Shown: positions 9,371-18,629, counted from the first letter of the stretch. The stretch is 25,573 bases of DNA from an uncultured Methanosarcinales archaeon (GCA_964423715.1 CAYRGB010000002.1:1-25573), one strand, 5' to 3'. The notes: a model not told the origin generated them from the sequence alone. Translations and numbers: made by a program.

Positions 9371-10464
9371 TCGAACTTACAGGCACACTCACAGCGGTGT
9401 CTCCCCTGCATATTGGTATGGGTAAAAAGAGCGGAACGTTTGTAAAGACCCTTGAGCACATACCTGGCAGAACGATACGTGGAATGGTCGGGTATTACCT
9501 GTACACGAACAAGCGCGAACTGTTTGATAAACTCAGGATCAATGAAGATATGGATATGAGTGATACTGGGGTATACTTCAAAGATGCTCTTCCAAGGTTT
9601 GATGACCATAATACGATTGCGTCTCCCATATCATTGAGATGGTGTAAGAAATGCGAGTATCTGATGGAATATAATGCAAAAGAATGTCATAATATGACTG
9701 ATGGCAAAAAATGCTTGCATGAAGGAAAGAAGGTCACAGGTTTCATTACATTAAAATCAGTAAGTTCAGGCAAACTTGAAAAGGCGCGGGTAAATATGCA
9801 GATATCCACAAAATGCCCGATAACACGTGATGGTCATACGAGTCCGGGTTTAGATTATGAGAGTTCTCCCTATCATATAGAGGGTATCGTTCCAGGTACA
9901 AAATTCGGATTCAAATGCCTGGTTGAGGATGAATATGTGGATGATCTTAAAGAAGCACTGACCGAGGCAGGTGTGTTTGCGGGCCTTGGCGGTTATCGAT
10001 CACGCGGATATGGTACTGTGGCATTTACGGATATGACGGAAACACCCGTGGACGATGTGATCCAGAAGAGAAGCAGTGAGATATCTGATATCCGGAATGT
10101 GATGATGGTCGCGAATTCTCCCATGATACTCAAGAATGATACCCTATCGGTCATTGGATTTGGGGATCGGTTCGAGGAATATGCAGCAAAGGTATCTACA
10201 TCAGGAAACTTGAGTGTAACCTGCATAATTGAACAGGGGGAGAAGGAGGATCAGGTGAAACAGCGGCTTACAGAAGGAATTGCAAGAGGGTGGTCCATAA
10301 AGGACAGGAATAAAGTGTCTGAGATCATTCCATGTATTGGTCATGGGAGTTGTGTGATGATCAAGGGCGATCCAGAGGTCCTTGCAACCCTTGAGATGTA
10401 CGGTGTCGGGGAGATGACCAACAGTGGATATGGTGATGTGTATTTCATGGAGGGTCAAATATGA
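9367..10464 (+). CDS. csx10: Cas5-group double RAMP, Csx10-like
   Basis: SPLHIG, TLEHIPGRTIRG, two G-loops (GLGGYRSRGYG, GVGEMTNSGYG), CKKC Zn motif; position after cas10-cas7 as in III-D. Confidence 0.75.
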   Translation: MIELTGTLTAVSPLHIGMGKKSGTFVKTLEHIPGRTIRGMVGYYLYTNKRELFDKLRINEDMDMSDTGVYFKDALPRFDDHNTIASPISLRWCKKCEYLMEYNAKECHNMTDGKKCLHEGKKVTGFITLKSVSSGKLEKARVNMQISTKCPITRDGHTSPGLDYESSPYHIEGIVPGTKFGFKCLVEDEYVDDLKEALTEAGVFAGLGGYRSRGYGTVAFTDMTETPVDDVIQKRSSEISDIRNVMMVANSPMILKNDTLSVIGFGDRFEEYAAKVSTSGNLSVTCIIEQGEKEDQVKQRLTEGIARGWSIKDRNKVSEIIPCIGHGSCVMIKGDPEVLATLEMYGVGEMTNSGYGDVYFMEGQI

Positions 10465-10943
10465 ATGATCTGATGCGAATGAATCAGTATTCATGGGAAT
10501 TGGCAACCCTTGCAATATTGAAAAAAGGTAGGGATGTAGAGGCATATTCTACAGATCAGATCAGGAGGGTCATGTCAGCTGGGTCCTCTGATGATCTGAC
10601 AGATATCCGCAAGATCATTAATAACTATTCGCCCGCATCACCACAGGGTAAAAAGAAATGGCAGGCACAGAAAGAGATCGGTGCTAAACACGAGGCGAAC
10701 AAGGCATTTGGTGACAGATTACTTGAGATCATAGCAGGGTCTGATGTTGTGGATGTAAGTCGGTTTCTCCAATATACGTTATGGAATATTAAGATCATTG
10801 AAAAAAACAATGTTGATGTATTGTCACGAGAGCTTGACTGTGAAGGTGTAACTGATAAAGAAGTTCTGAATCAGCTAAAGCAGATATTGGAAGCTGACAA
10901 GGGTCCAAGGAAAAATTATGAAAGGGATAACAGGAGGAAATGA
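10461..10943 (+). CDS. Helical CRISPR-associated protein, probable small subunit (Cas11/Csm2-like)
   Basis: 160 aa, charged and helical-looking, DQIRRV resembles the Csm2/Cmr5 SQLR motif; ATGA-coupled within the effector operon. Confidence 0.55.
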   Translation: MNDLMRMNQYSWELATLAILKKGRDVEAYSTDQIRRVMSAGSSDDLTDIRKIINNYSPASPQGKKKWQAQKEIGAKHEANKAFGDRLLEIIAGSDVVDVSRFLQYTLWNIKIIEKNNVDVLSRELDCEGVTDKEVLNQLKQILEADKGPRKNYERDNRRK

Positions 10944-11464
10944 TTATGGCTGTTGAGTTTGATAAAGACGAGTTGGGTAAGATCGTATTGGATTCCTATG
11001 ATCTGATGTTGAGTATACCCTATCCAAATAAAAAAGGCGATAAGTATGAGATCCAGTCCAGAAGCAAGTTGAAGAACCTGCCTGAAGCATTGCGCGAATT
11101 TGAGGATCCTCGATCAGCAGTAGTACATTTCGTGAAGAGTGCCTCCTATTTCCTACCGCGTTCGGGCAATGATCTGAATGATTTTCTAAGTATGCTACTC
11201 ACAAAAGTCCGGAAGATACAGGACGAAGAATCAGATCTGGAGAAGGTACGAGAAAAAATACGGTACCTTATTGGATACAGTAACTGGGGTATGGATGCGG
11301 TTTGCAATATCTTCAGTAAGGCTGGCAGAGATGATAAGATACGTGATAGATTACAGAACATGGTACGTGCAGAACTTCTGATCGTTGGTGAAGATGGGTC
11401 TGTCGATAGGATCGTCAGTGATATTATGCACTGGAAAGCAAAGGCTGACAGCAGGAGGTATTGA
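10940..11464 (+). CDS. Second helical CRISPR-associated protein, possible additional Cas11-like subunit
   Basis: 174 aa, amphipathic helical pattern, no RAMP or Csx19-like signature that I can see; ATGA-coupled. Confidence 0.45.
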   Translation: MIMAVEFDKDELGKIVLDSYDLMLSIPYPNKKGDKYEIQSRSKLKNLPEALREFEDPRSAVVHFVKSASYFLPRSGNDLNDFLSMLLTKVRKIQDEESDLEKVREKIRYLIGYSNWGMDAVCNIFSKAGRDDKIRDRLQNMVRAELLIVGEDGSVDRIVSDIMHWKAKADSRRY

Positions 11465-12198
11465 ACATGTTCAGGGAACTTGAAAACCGGGCAATACTAC
11501 ATTACAGGATCGTTACTCGGTCAGACCTGCATATCGGTGGGCATACTACGATCGAACCTGCTGAGGTGGACAATTCGGTCATAAAGGATACAGACGGTTA
11601 TCCCATCATTCCGGGAAGCAGCCTGAAAGGCGTGCTCAGGATCGAAATGGAGCGACTCCTCAGGAGCTTGGGTCTGAAGATATGTGATGTTAATGCAGGT
11701 GCATGCAATGAATGTGCGGTCTGCTATCTGTTTGGTGGAAAGGACCTTGCATCCTCCATACGTATCAGGGATGCAGTTGCTAATCACAAACGTACACTGA
11801 TCAGGGATGGCGTGGCCATCGATCGTAAGGCTCGAAAAGCGCGAGACGGTGGAAAATATGACACAGAGGTTGTGCCAAAGGGTACGGAATTCACGGGTGT
11901 TGCGACGATAGAGAACACCACACTAAAAGAGGTATATGAGCAGGCTAAACTTGGCGGTCTCCTGAGTTTGATAGATTTCTTCAATGCCTGTTGTGGAACC
12001 ATAGGCCACGCTTCTTCCCGTGGATTTGGAGAGGTTGACATTGAGATCGAGCGTATCCAGTTGATCACGGCACAGGATTATCTGGATGGCAGGTACGAGG
12101 GAGAGGAGTATCTGAAAGGTGGGGATGAGTATGACGAACTGAAAAGCAATGCTATTGCAGATTGGTCAGGGTTCATAAAGAGTGATGGACATGCTTGA
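11461..12198 (+). CDS. csm3: Cas7-group RAMP (Csm3/Csx7-like backbone RNase)
   Basis: LHIGG, EVDN (catalytic Asp position), PIIPGSSLKG, C-x-x-C Zn site, LFGG, RDGVAIDR, GHASSRGFG. Confidence 0.88.
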   Translation: MNMFRELENRAILHYRIVTRSDLHIGGHTTIEPAEVDNSVIKDTDGYPIIPGSSLKGVLRIEMERLLRSLGLKICDVNAGACNECAVCYLFGGKDLASSIRIRDAVANHKRTLIRDGVAIDRKARKARDGGKYDTEVVPKGTEFTGVATIENTTLKEVYEQAKLGGLLSLIDFFNACCGTIGHASSRGFGEVDIEIERIQLITAQDYLDGRYEGEEYLKGGDEYDELKSNAIADWSGFIKSDGHA

Positions 12199-13543
12199 TT
12201 TTGATACTTTTGAGAATCGATGGGAGATCACGGCAAAGCTGACAATGGTCACTCCCCTTCGTATTGGGGGCGGGCAGAATGCAGGTGCTTATTCCATGTC
12301 ACAGAGTCCGGTGCTACTGTCTTACGATGCCCAGACACAGACCGCTGAACCGTATATTCCCGGCAGCAGCCTTAAAGGTGTGTTGCGAAGTACGGTGGAG
12401 CGTATCGTGAGAACGATCGACGAGAATGAGTCATGTATTGCTGTGGGGAAGCGTGACAAGGTGCTATGTGGAGATTGTGTGTCCTGTTCCATCTTTGGTT
12501 CACAGAAAAAGGGTGCCAGTATCAGGGTTCAGGATGCTCATCTATCAACAGAGATAGGGTCCGGAGGAGTATTGGATGAACGGCCACATTGTGCAACGAT
12601 CTATGACAAGAAGGGAGATGAATATGTCATGCGGATGCGAACACAGGGTAGGGGTGGCAGATCGTTTGAGGTTCCTAAGACTATCCTGCGTATGGAAGAG
12701 GTCGTGGCTGCCAATACATCATTTGATCTTAACATTAATCTCGACAATGCGGATGAACATGAAGTAGGACTTGTGTTACTTGCCCTGAACGAGTTCAATC
12801 ATAAACGTTCCTGTCTGGGAGGCGGTACTTCCCGCGGGAATGGATTTGCGGATATGAACCATGTTCGAGTAACCAGAAAAAGGGTTGTTCCGGATGAAGA
12901 TAGGTTGTTCAAAGTGGAATCGGAACAGATGGATCCTTATATGTTCTGTGATTCGGCGAGAGATTATCTAAGGGATATGGACAATGGACAGGATGTTACC
13001 CGGCGGGATTTCGATGTATATTACCGGGCATATTCATCAGAGCGTCAGGAAGGTCATCTTGTGATACAGTATGAGGTCGAGACCCTTAATGATTTCCAGA
13101 TGCCCGGGGCGGATGGGGCTACTGTCACCAATTATGGTGTGCCAGTGATCCCTGGATCTACGATCAAGGGATTTCTGCGCCATAGCCTGATCGAGGCTGG
13201 CAGGGAAGCGAAGTTCATCGATGAAATGTTCGGATCGGTGAACGGTCAGGCTCAACACCGATCCCGCCTGCTGATATCAGATGCTTTTTCTGATACGGGA
13301 TTTTCAGGGCATGACATGATCCCGGCGGGCACGATATTGACTATGTGGGCGGTGTTTGACAATGTTGATAAGGATGAGCTGGGAGCGATCAATGAGATAC
13401 TGAAAAAACCATCCTGCAGGATTACGGGGAAGAAAACCGCAAATACGGACAAGAGAGGTCAGTCCTCCCGCAACACGGTTAGTTTCCGGGCGAAAGATCT
13501 GAGCAAGTTCGAAGTGTCCAAATACCTCAATGACCAAATATGA
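12191..13543 (+). CDS. Cas7-Cas7 fusion RAMP (Csm5-like distal subunit)
   Basis: Two RAMP starts: PLRIGG..PYIPGSSLKG..IFGS..LGGGTSRGNG, then PVIPGSTIKG..MFGS..RLLISDA. First domain lacks the catalytic Asp and second lacks a G-loop. Start could be 12182, 12185 or 12191. Confidence 0.75.
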   Translation: MLDFDTFENRWEITAKLTMVTPLRIGGGQNAGAYSMSQSPVLLSYDAQTQTAEPYIPGSSLKGVLRSTVERIVRTIDENESCIAVGKRDKVLCGDCVSCSIFGSQKKGASIRVQDAHLSTEIGSGGVLDERPHCATIYDKKGDEYVMRMRTQGRGGRSFEVPKTILRMEEVVAANTSFDLNINLDNADEHEVGLVLLALNEFNHKRSCLGGGTSRGNGFADMNHVRVTRKRVVPDEDRLFKVESEQMDPYMFCDSARDYLRDMDNGQDVTRRDFDVYYRAYSSERQEGHLVIQYEVETLNDFQMPGADGATVTNYGVPVIPGSTIKGFLRHSLIEAGREAKFIDEMFGSVNGQAQHRSRLLISDAFSDTGFSGHDMIPAGTILTMWAVFDNVDKDELGAINEILKKPSCRITGKKTANTDKRGQSSRNTVSFRAKDLSKFEVSKYLNDQI

Positions 13544-14046
13544 GGTATTGGATAGCATTTATTGGATCAAGTCCATTTGCAGTGATCAATACTATTTGGG
13601 CAGCGTGCAGGGAAGCTGGGTATGTTCCTGACCACGCTGTGTTCATGATCAATAGGGAACTTAACGAAGAATGGATAGATATTGTAAGACATTGGGTTCC
13701 CCGGATACTCGAAGAGTATGGGGTCGAAGATCCATTACTCTCAACACATATGGTCGAGGAAACCGGATTCCAGATGATCTGTGAGGAGTATCGGGCACAT
13801 TTGTTTGATCTTAAGGCGAATGATGAAGTTGCAGTGGACATCACACCCGGTAGAAAGTATATGTCTGCTATTGCTATGGAAATGGGATTGTCCATGAATG
13901 CGGATCACGTGTATTACCTACATCTGACGGATAATCGATACCATAATATTCCATATCCTATTGTCCCATTGCATCGACACGAATTGATCGATATGAAGAA
14001 GGAGTTCTGTAAAGTAGGAACGAATAGGGCGGTGCTGGATGAATGA
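13540..14046 (+). CDS. Stand-alone CARF-domain protein (cOA sensor or ring nuclease)
   Basis: 168 aa; N-terminal strand-GSS (IAFIGSSPFAVINT) and VDITPGRK CARF motif II; no fused effector domain. Confidence 0.75.
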   Translation: MRYWIAFIGSSPFAVINTIWAACREAGYVPDHAVFMINRELNEEWIDIVRHWVPRILEEYGVEDPLLSTHMVEETGFQMICEEYRAHLFDLKANDEVAVDITPGRKYMSAIAMEMGLSMNADHVYYLHLTDNRYHNIPYPIVPLHRHELIDMKKEFCKVGTNRAVLDE

Positions 14047-15083
14047 TCGTACCAAAGGACTATTTTGTGGCGTTGCTCAATGAACTGTCCCGGAATTCGG
14101 ATCAGGTTGTTGTGAAGTATCCTCCAATAGGCACGATCTTTACCATTAAGATGGATGAAACGTGTGCCTTGTATCCTATGCCAAAAGAGGAGTTCAAGCA
14201 CCTGAGAAAGAACCTGCTTGATCCTTGGCATAATGATAAGTTCATTTCAGATGAGATCCCTACGGATATGGATCTGGTGACCTGTCTTTATGCATCTTCG
14301 ATACTGCGGTCTGAAGAAGAATCATCTCTTAAGGATAAGTTGCAGGAAGGATGCCAGCGTAATTTGTTGAAAGGGGACAAGCCACTTTTCGTTGGTTATG
14401 ATACCAATTCTCTACGGCATAGAAGTAATCGTGTAGTTGCGAACATTCTGTCAGAACTACCACGGGATTCTGCAGCGAACATGGGATTTTGCCTGAACGA
14501 GAGCGTTAAGACTGAATTGAGGTACAGGTGGAATCATAAATATAAAATGCCGGATGTAAACACACTCGGCAAGGTTCACCGGCAAGCCCGTACATTTTTA
14601 AATCAGCATCCGAAGGATGCACGTATGGCTCGTCTGGGTGCTGTGGAGTATAAGCATATCATGACACAACCAAATTGTGTGGAGATCAACGGCAGGGGAT
14701 ATGGTGATAACAAGATCGTCCGATCATTTGAGTCATTTCGGGATAAACGCAATGTGGACATCCTTTTGATCAGTGGGGACAATGATTTTACTGCAATGGC
14801 CCATGAGGAGAAAATGAATGCGTTGTATATGAAGCAGCCAACAAATTATAGTACGGAACTTGAGGCTTCATGGGAGCAGGTCGTTGAGTTGCTTTATTGT
14901 GTTGCAGTGGTTTTTGGTCATGTGTTTATTAATGACATCGATGTGTTTGGGATATGGACCGGCAAAGTGGAAGATGACTGGGATGGATACAGGGTATCCA
15001 TTGATCCTTCTAACAGGGATCTGAAAGGAGATATGTTCAGGGATATCAGGATACTTGAGAAGGGTGTACATGATACGGTGTGA
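14043..15083 (+). CDS. PIN-domain nuclease with N- and C-terminal extra regions
   Basis: 346 aa; PIN acidic tetrad pattern VGYDTNSL, NESVKTEL, GDNKIV, LISGDNDF; ATGA overlap with the CARF gene. Confidence 0.72.
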   Translation: MIVPKDYFVALLNELSRNSDQVVVKYPPIGTIFTIKMDETCALYPMPKEEFKHLRKNLLDPWHNDKFISDEIPTDMDLVTCLYASSILRSEEESSLKDKLQEGCQRNLLKGDKPLFVGYDTNSLRHRSNRVVANILSELPRDSAANMGFCLNESVKTELRYRWNHKYKMPDVNTLGKVHRQARTFLNQHPKDARMARLGAVEYKHIMTQPNCVEINGRGYGDNKIVRSFESFRDKRNVDILLISGDNDFTAMAHEEKMNALYMKQPTNYSTELEASWEQVVELLYCVAVVFGHVFINDIDVFGIWTGKVEDDWDGYRVSIDPSNRDLKGDMFRDIRILEKGVHDTV

Positions 15084-15140
15084 TCAATGGGTTGGAGGGT
15101 CATGGATATTACAATTTCTTCTTTAGATGGGTGATCGTGA

Positions 15141-16610
15141 ATGGTAAATGTTCTAAAAGAGATCAAAACGAGAGTGGATGCATCGGATCGTCAGTTCGTA
15201 CTGGAGGCAGTGGAGCGGTTCGAAAAAACATCTGACAGGGATGAACTTCTAACTATATCCTCAGAGATGTTCTCCTATGAAAAAAAATATGTTTCTACTT
15301 ATCAGGGTAATTGTGATGTTCTGATCAGTACGGTAGGGATGCGTGAAGCTCCGATCATCCTATCTCATCTTGCGATCAGGCCCAAAAGGAGTATATTGTT
15401 GCATACGGTTGGTTCAGAGGGTATTGCTGAGAAGGTCATGGAGGATTCGGATATAAAGGATATTGGGATCGAGTTCACGCCGGTGCAGATCGATGAAGTG
15501 GATGCTGCTTACAATTATAACTGACTTAAGGAAGAGGTGCTGCCAAGAATCGGTAATCGCCAGAATGTACGGACGGATCCGACGGGGGGCAGGAAGATCA
15601 TGGGTACAGCTGTGGGTTCCTTTGCATTCCTTTTCAGGATACCAATGGTCTATCTGCATGCAGAGGAGAAAATGGGGATCAGCGTTCCATTTAGCGGGAA
15701 GATCAGAGATATTGAAAATCCATATGAGTATTATGGCGATATGGATATGCAGATATTGAAGAAGAACTTTGACAGTGGATTTTTCGATCCTGCACATGAC
15801 GTCTGTGAACAATTGCAGAAGAATGTCAGGGATCTTGCACTGGGCAAGAAACTAGATATGCTTCAGGACCTGATAAAGATATATTGTGATTGGGATGGCT
15901 TTTTGCATAGCAGTTTTGCTCAGAATGCAAAGGGACGAAAAGAGGAGTCATATCTCGCACAGAGGCTTGAGGCGGTATATGAAGAATGTACCAGATATGG
16001 TATTATTCTTGTAAAGGAAGAAGAACTAAAACAGAATATTGAGTTCCTTAAAGAAATTGATAAGCACTGGAAATCGGGCTCCAATATTGTGGACCGATTT
16101 CGTCTAGTGGACCTTTTCCTAAACGCAGAACGTCGGGCAATCCAGGGTAAATATGATGATGCAACTGCTCGGTTATATCGTTGTATTGAGATGTGTGCTG
16201 TTCTTTTGATGGAAAAGGAAGGTATTTTCGATATTAAAAATCCTGATTATGAAGATTTTGCAGCAAAGCATAATATGGATAAAGATGACTTGTTTTCCAA
16301 GTTCAAAGATCTGTCTACTTTTGACAGTCCGAGAACTCCACCAGGTTTGAATGATATAATGTTAATGCTGCAGGTTGTTAATATTCCAGCTGCACATATG
16401 TATGCTCGAATGAACAGGACAGATGAGGAGGAGGAAAGTCTGCGGGATAAAAGGAATCGTTCCCTGCTTGCTCATGGTACAAGTCCGATTACAGCAGATG
16501 ATTACAAAGTTCTTCTTTCAGGGACGAAGAAAATTATTGGTAGTACTCTGGGTAAAAAAGAATTCAAACAGCTTGCCAATCAGGCCAGTTTCCCCACTTT
16601 AATGATCTGA
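15141..16610 (+). pseudogene. CARF-HEPN cOA-activated RNase (TIGR02710/Csm6-Csx1-like), 489 codons, broken by in-frame TGA at codon 128 (15522-15524)
   Basis: ORFs 15141..15524 and 15537..16610 share one frame: ...STVGMREAP...DAAYNYN*LKEEVLPRIGNRQNVRTDPTGGRKIM...RNRSLLAHG (HEPN R..H). Confidence 0.85.
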
Positions 16611-16611
16611 T

Positions 16612-17622
16612 ATGAGGTCTGCAACCCCGCAAACTCTCCATATCAGTGGTTATGGAAAGAAATTGAAAAAACGCAATAATCTACTGGTTGTGGAGTGGAA
16701 TGTTGATGGTGAGAAGAAGTCGTTATCCTTCACACCGTCCACTCTTGAGCATGTGATCATTTCGGGCGAGCATTCGGTCAGTACCGGTGCTATGAGGCTT
16801 TTTTTCGAGGAAAACGTAAGTTTTTCATGTCTGGATAAGTCTGGTTATCCATTAGGTTTTCTTTTTCCCCACCGCAGATGCATGCATGTGGATGTGTGGG
16901 AAAAACAGCTTATGATGAATGAAGTGGATGCTCTGCGTATTGCAAAGACGATATGTATAGCTGCTGCAAAGAACAAGATGTCGTTGTTGAGGTCGCTGCA
17001 AAGGAGTAGGGATATCGATCTTGAAGTATTTATCAAGAATGTGAACGATGTAATAAAAAACATGCATGATGCTGATGATACATCCAGTTTAATGGGCTAT
17101 GAAGGTAATTCGTCAAGGATATATTTCGATGCTTATCGGAAAATGATACCTGCGGAGTTTGGTTTCGAAAATCGGGTCAGACATCCTTCTCCAGACCCTG
17201 TGAACGTGATGCTCAACTATGGTTATGGTATCCTGTATTCAAAGGTCCGTATGGGTCTAATACAGGTGAATCTGAACCCCTATCGTGGAGTTCTGCATGC
17301 ATCATACAGGGATCAGGAAGCTCTCGTCTATGATCTCATCGAGGAGTTCAGGCAGCCAGTTGTGGACAAGACCGTCCTGACGTTGATCGGCAGGAAACAG
17401 GTTTCTCCAGGATCATTTTCAATTGAAGGTGAGATGTGTATGATGGATGATCATTTTAAGAAGGAATTTGCAGATCATATACTCACACGTCTGGAGAGCA
17501 AGACGAAATATGATGATAGCACTGAATCGTTTCAGGTTATCATTGATCTTCAGGCAAGAAGACTCAGGGATGCTATCATGAATTGTGAGGATTATGCACC
17601 TTTTGTCTATAGAGGACGGTGA
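16612..17622 (+). CDS. cas1: CRISPR integrase Cas1
   Basis: GYEGNSSRIYF, DPVNVMLNYGYGILY, GVLH, LVYDLIEEFR; no RT or Cas4 fusion. Confidence 0.96.
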   Translation: MRSATPQTLHISGYGKKLKKRNNLLVVEWNVDGEKKSLSFTPSTLEHVIISGEHSVSTGAMRLFFEENVSFSCLDKSGYPLGFLFPHRRCMHVDVWEKQLMMNEVDALRIAKTICIAAAKNKMSLLRSLQRSRDIDLEVFIKNVNDVIKNMHDADDTSSLMGYEGNSSRIYFDAYRKMIPAEFGFENRVRHPSPDPVNVMLNYGYGILYSKVRMGLIQVNLNPYRGVLHASYRDQEALVYDLIEEFRQPVVDKTVLTLIGRKQVSPGSFSIEGEMCMMDDHFKKEFADHILTRLESKTKYDDSTESFQVIIDLQARRLRDAIMNCEDYAPFVYRGR

Positions 17623-17909
17623 GCATTACCACATCGAAATACCTGATAGTTGCTTATGATATAGAGAAGAACCGAACAAGAACAAAGATCTCAGAACTTC
17701 TCCTGTATTATGGCCTGATACGAATACAATATAGTGTATTTGCCGGTGAGGTACAATCATCCAAGATGGACAAACTCTCATCTGCCTTATTTAGTATCTC
17801 AATTGCCGATGACGACAAAATAATCATGTTCCCAATCTGTGAGAACTGCCGTAACAATATCAATACGACAGATGAGTTACCCAAAAAGCTAAAGCACCTA
17901 TCCATATAA
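17619..17909 (+). CDS. cas2: CRISPR-associated Cas2
   Basis: IVAYDI, RIQYSVFAG, ICENC; GTGA overlap with cas1. Confidence 0.95.
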   Translation: MSITTSKYLIVAYDIEKNRTRTKISELLLYYGLIRIQYSVFAGEVQSSKMDKLSSALFSISIADDDKIIMFPICENCRNNINTTDELPKKLKHLSI

Positions 17910-18229
17910 TCCTTCCACAACTTCCTAAATTACCATACCTTTTTAAGGGGTATTGCTAAAGGGGGGTCTGTCACTTATTTGTAGCACATAAACAATCTAT
18001 TATACACAGGCATGTACAATTCACTCATACAAACATTCACTAATATATATCAATGATGGCGCAGTATGATGGTTCACAAATTGCATTAATCTTCAAATCA
18101 CTCCGTCTTTTGATGGCGGTTTACCAGATCTTTATAATGGGTTTTAGCAAAAATAGGTCTGCACAAACACCCCTAAAATCGGAGCATTCTCAAACGCTCA
18201 AAACTGATTTAAAGGATAAAATATATAGT
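17910..18229 (+). promoter_or_regulatory. CRISPR leader
   Basis: 320-bp AT-rich non-coding stretch between cas2 and the first repeat; fixes array orientation as +. Confidence 0.75.
17929..17951 (-). repeat. Degenerate partial CRISPR repeat in antisense orientation
   Basis: Minus strand ACCCCTTAAAAAGGTATGGTAAT vs repeat 3' part ACCCGCGAAAATAGGGTATGGTAAC; 10-nt exact GGTATGGTAA plus ACCC and AAAA. Confidence 0.55.
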
Positions 18230-18629
18230 GTTGAATGTAGAACCCGCGAAAATAGGGTATGGTAACAGTTTTGTTCTGGCTTCCTCCACAAATCCAGATT
18301 CGTTGAATGTAGAACCCGCGAAAATAGGGTATGGTAACTGTGTGTTTTCACGCGATCCAGTAACCCATCTGGCAGTTGAATGTAGAACCCGCGAAAATAG
18401 GGTATGGTAACAGCTTGAATAAATATAAACCATAGAAAAACATTAGTTGAATGTAGAACCCGCGAAAATAGGGTATGGTAACGCTCCTGCGAACACCTGA
18501 GACGCATGGGGGGTTAGTTGAATGTAGAACCCGCGAAAATAGGGTATGGTAACCCATTATTCCACCCGCCTGAATTTGTCGCCAATTTTTGTTGAATGTA
18601 GAACCCGCGAAAATAGGGTATGGTAACCT

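Noticed and set aside
15522-15524. Selenocysteine read-through of the TGA in CARF-HEPN
   Set aside because: Not a Cys-type catalytic position, and characterised Methanosarcinales are not known to use Sec.
17929-17951. tracrRNA interpretation of the anti-repeat
   Set aside because: No class 2 effector; the locus encodes Cas6 for processing.
18132-18168. GCAAAAATAGG in the leader resembling the repeat core
   Set aside because: Needs several gaps to align; too weak in AT-rich DNA.
18267-18590. Self-targeting by spacers within this window
   Set aside because: No match beyond about 7 nt found by eye; the rest of the genome could not be checked.
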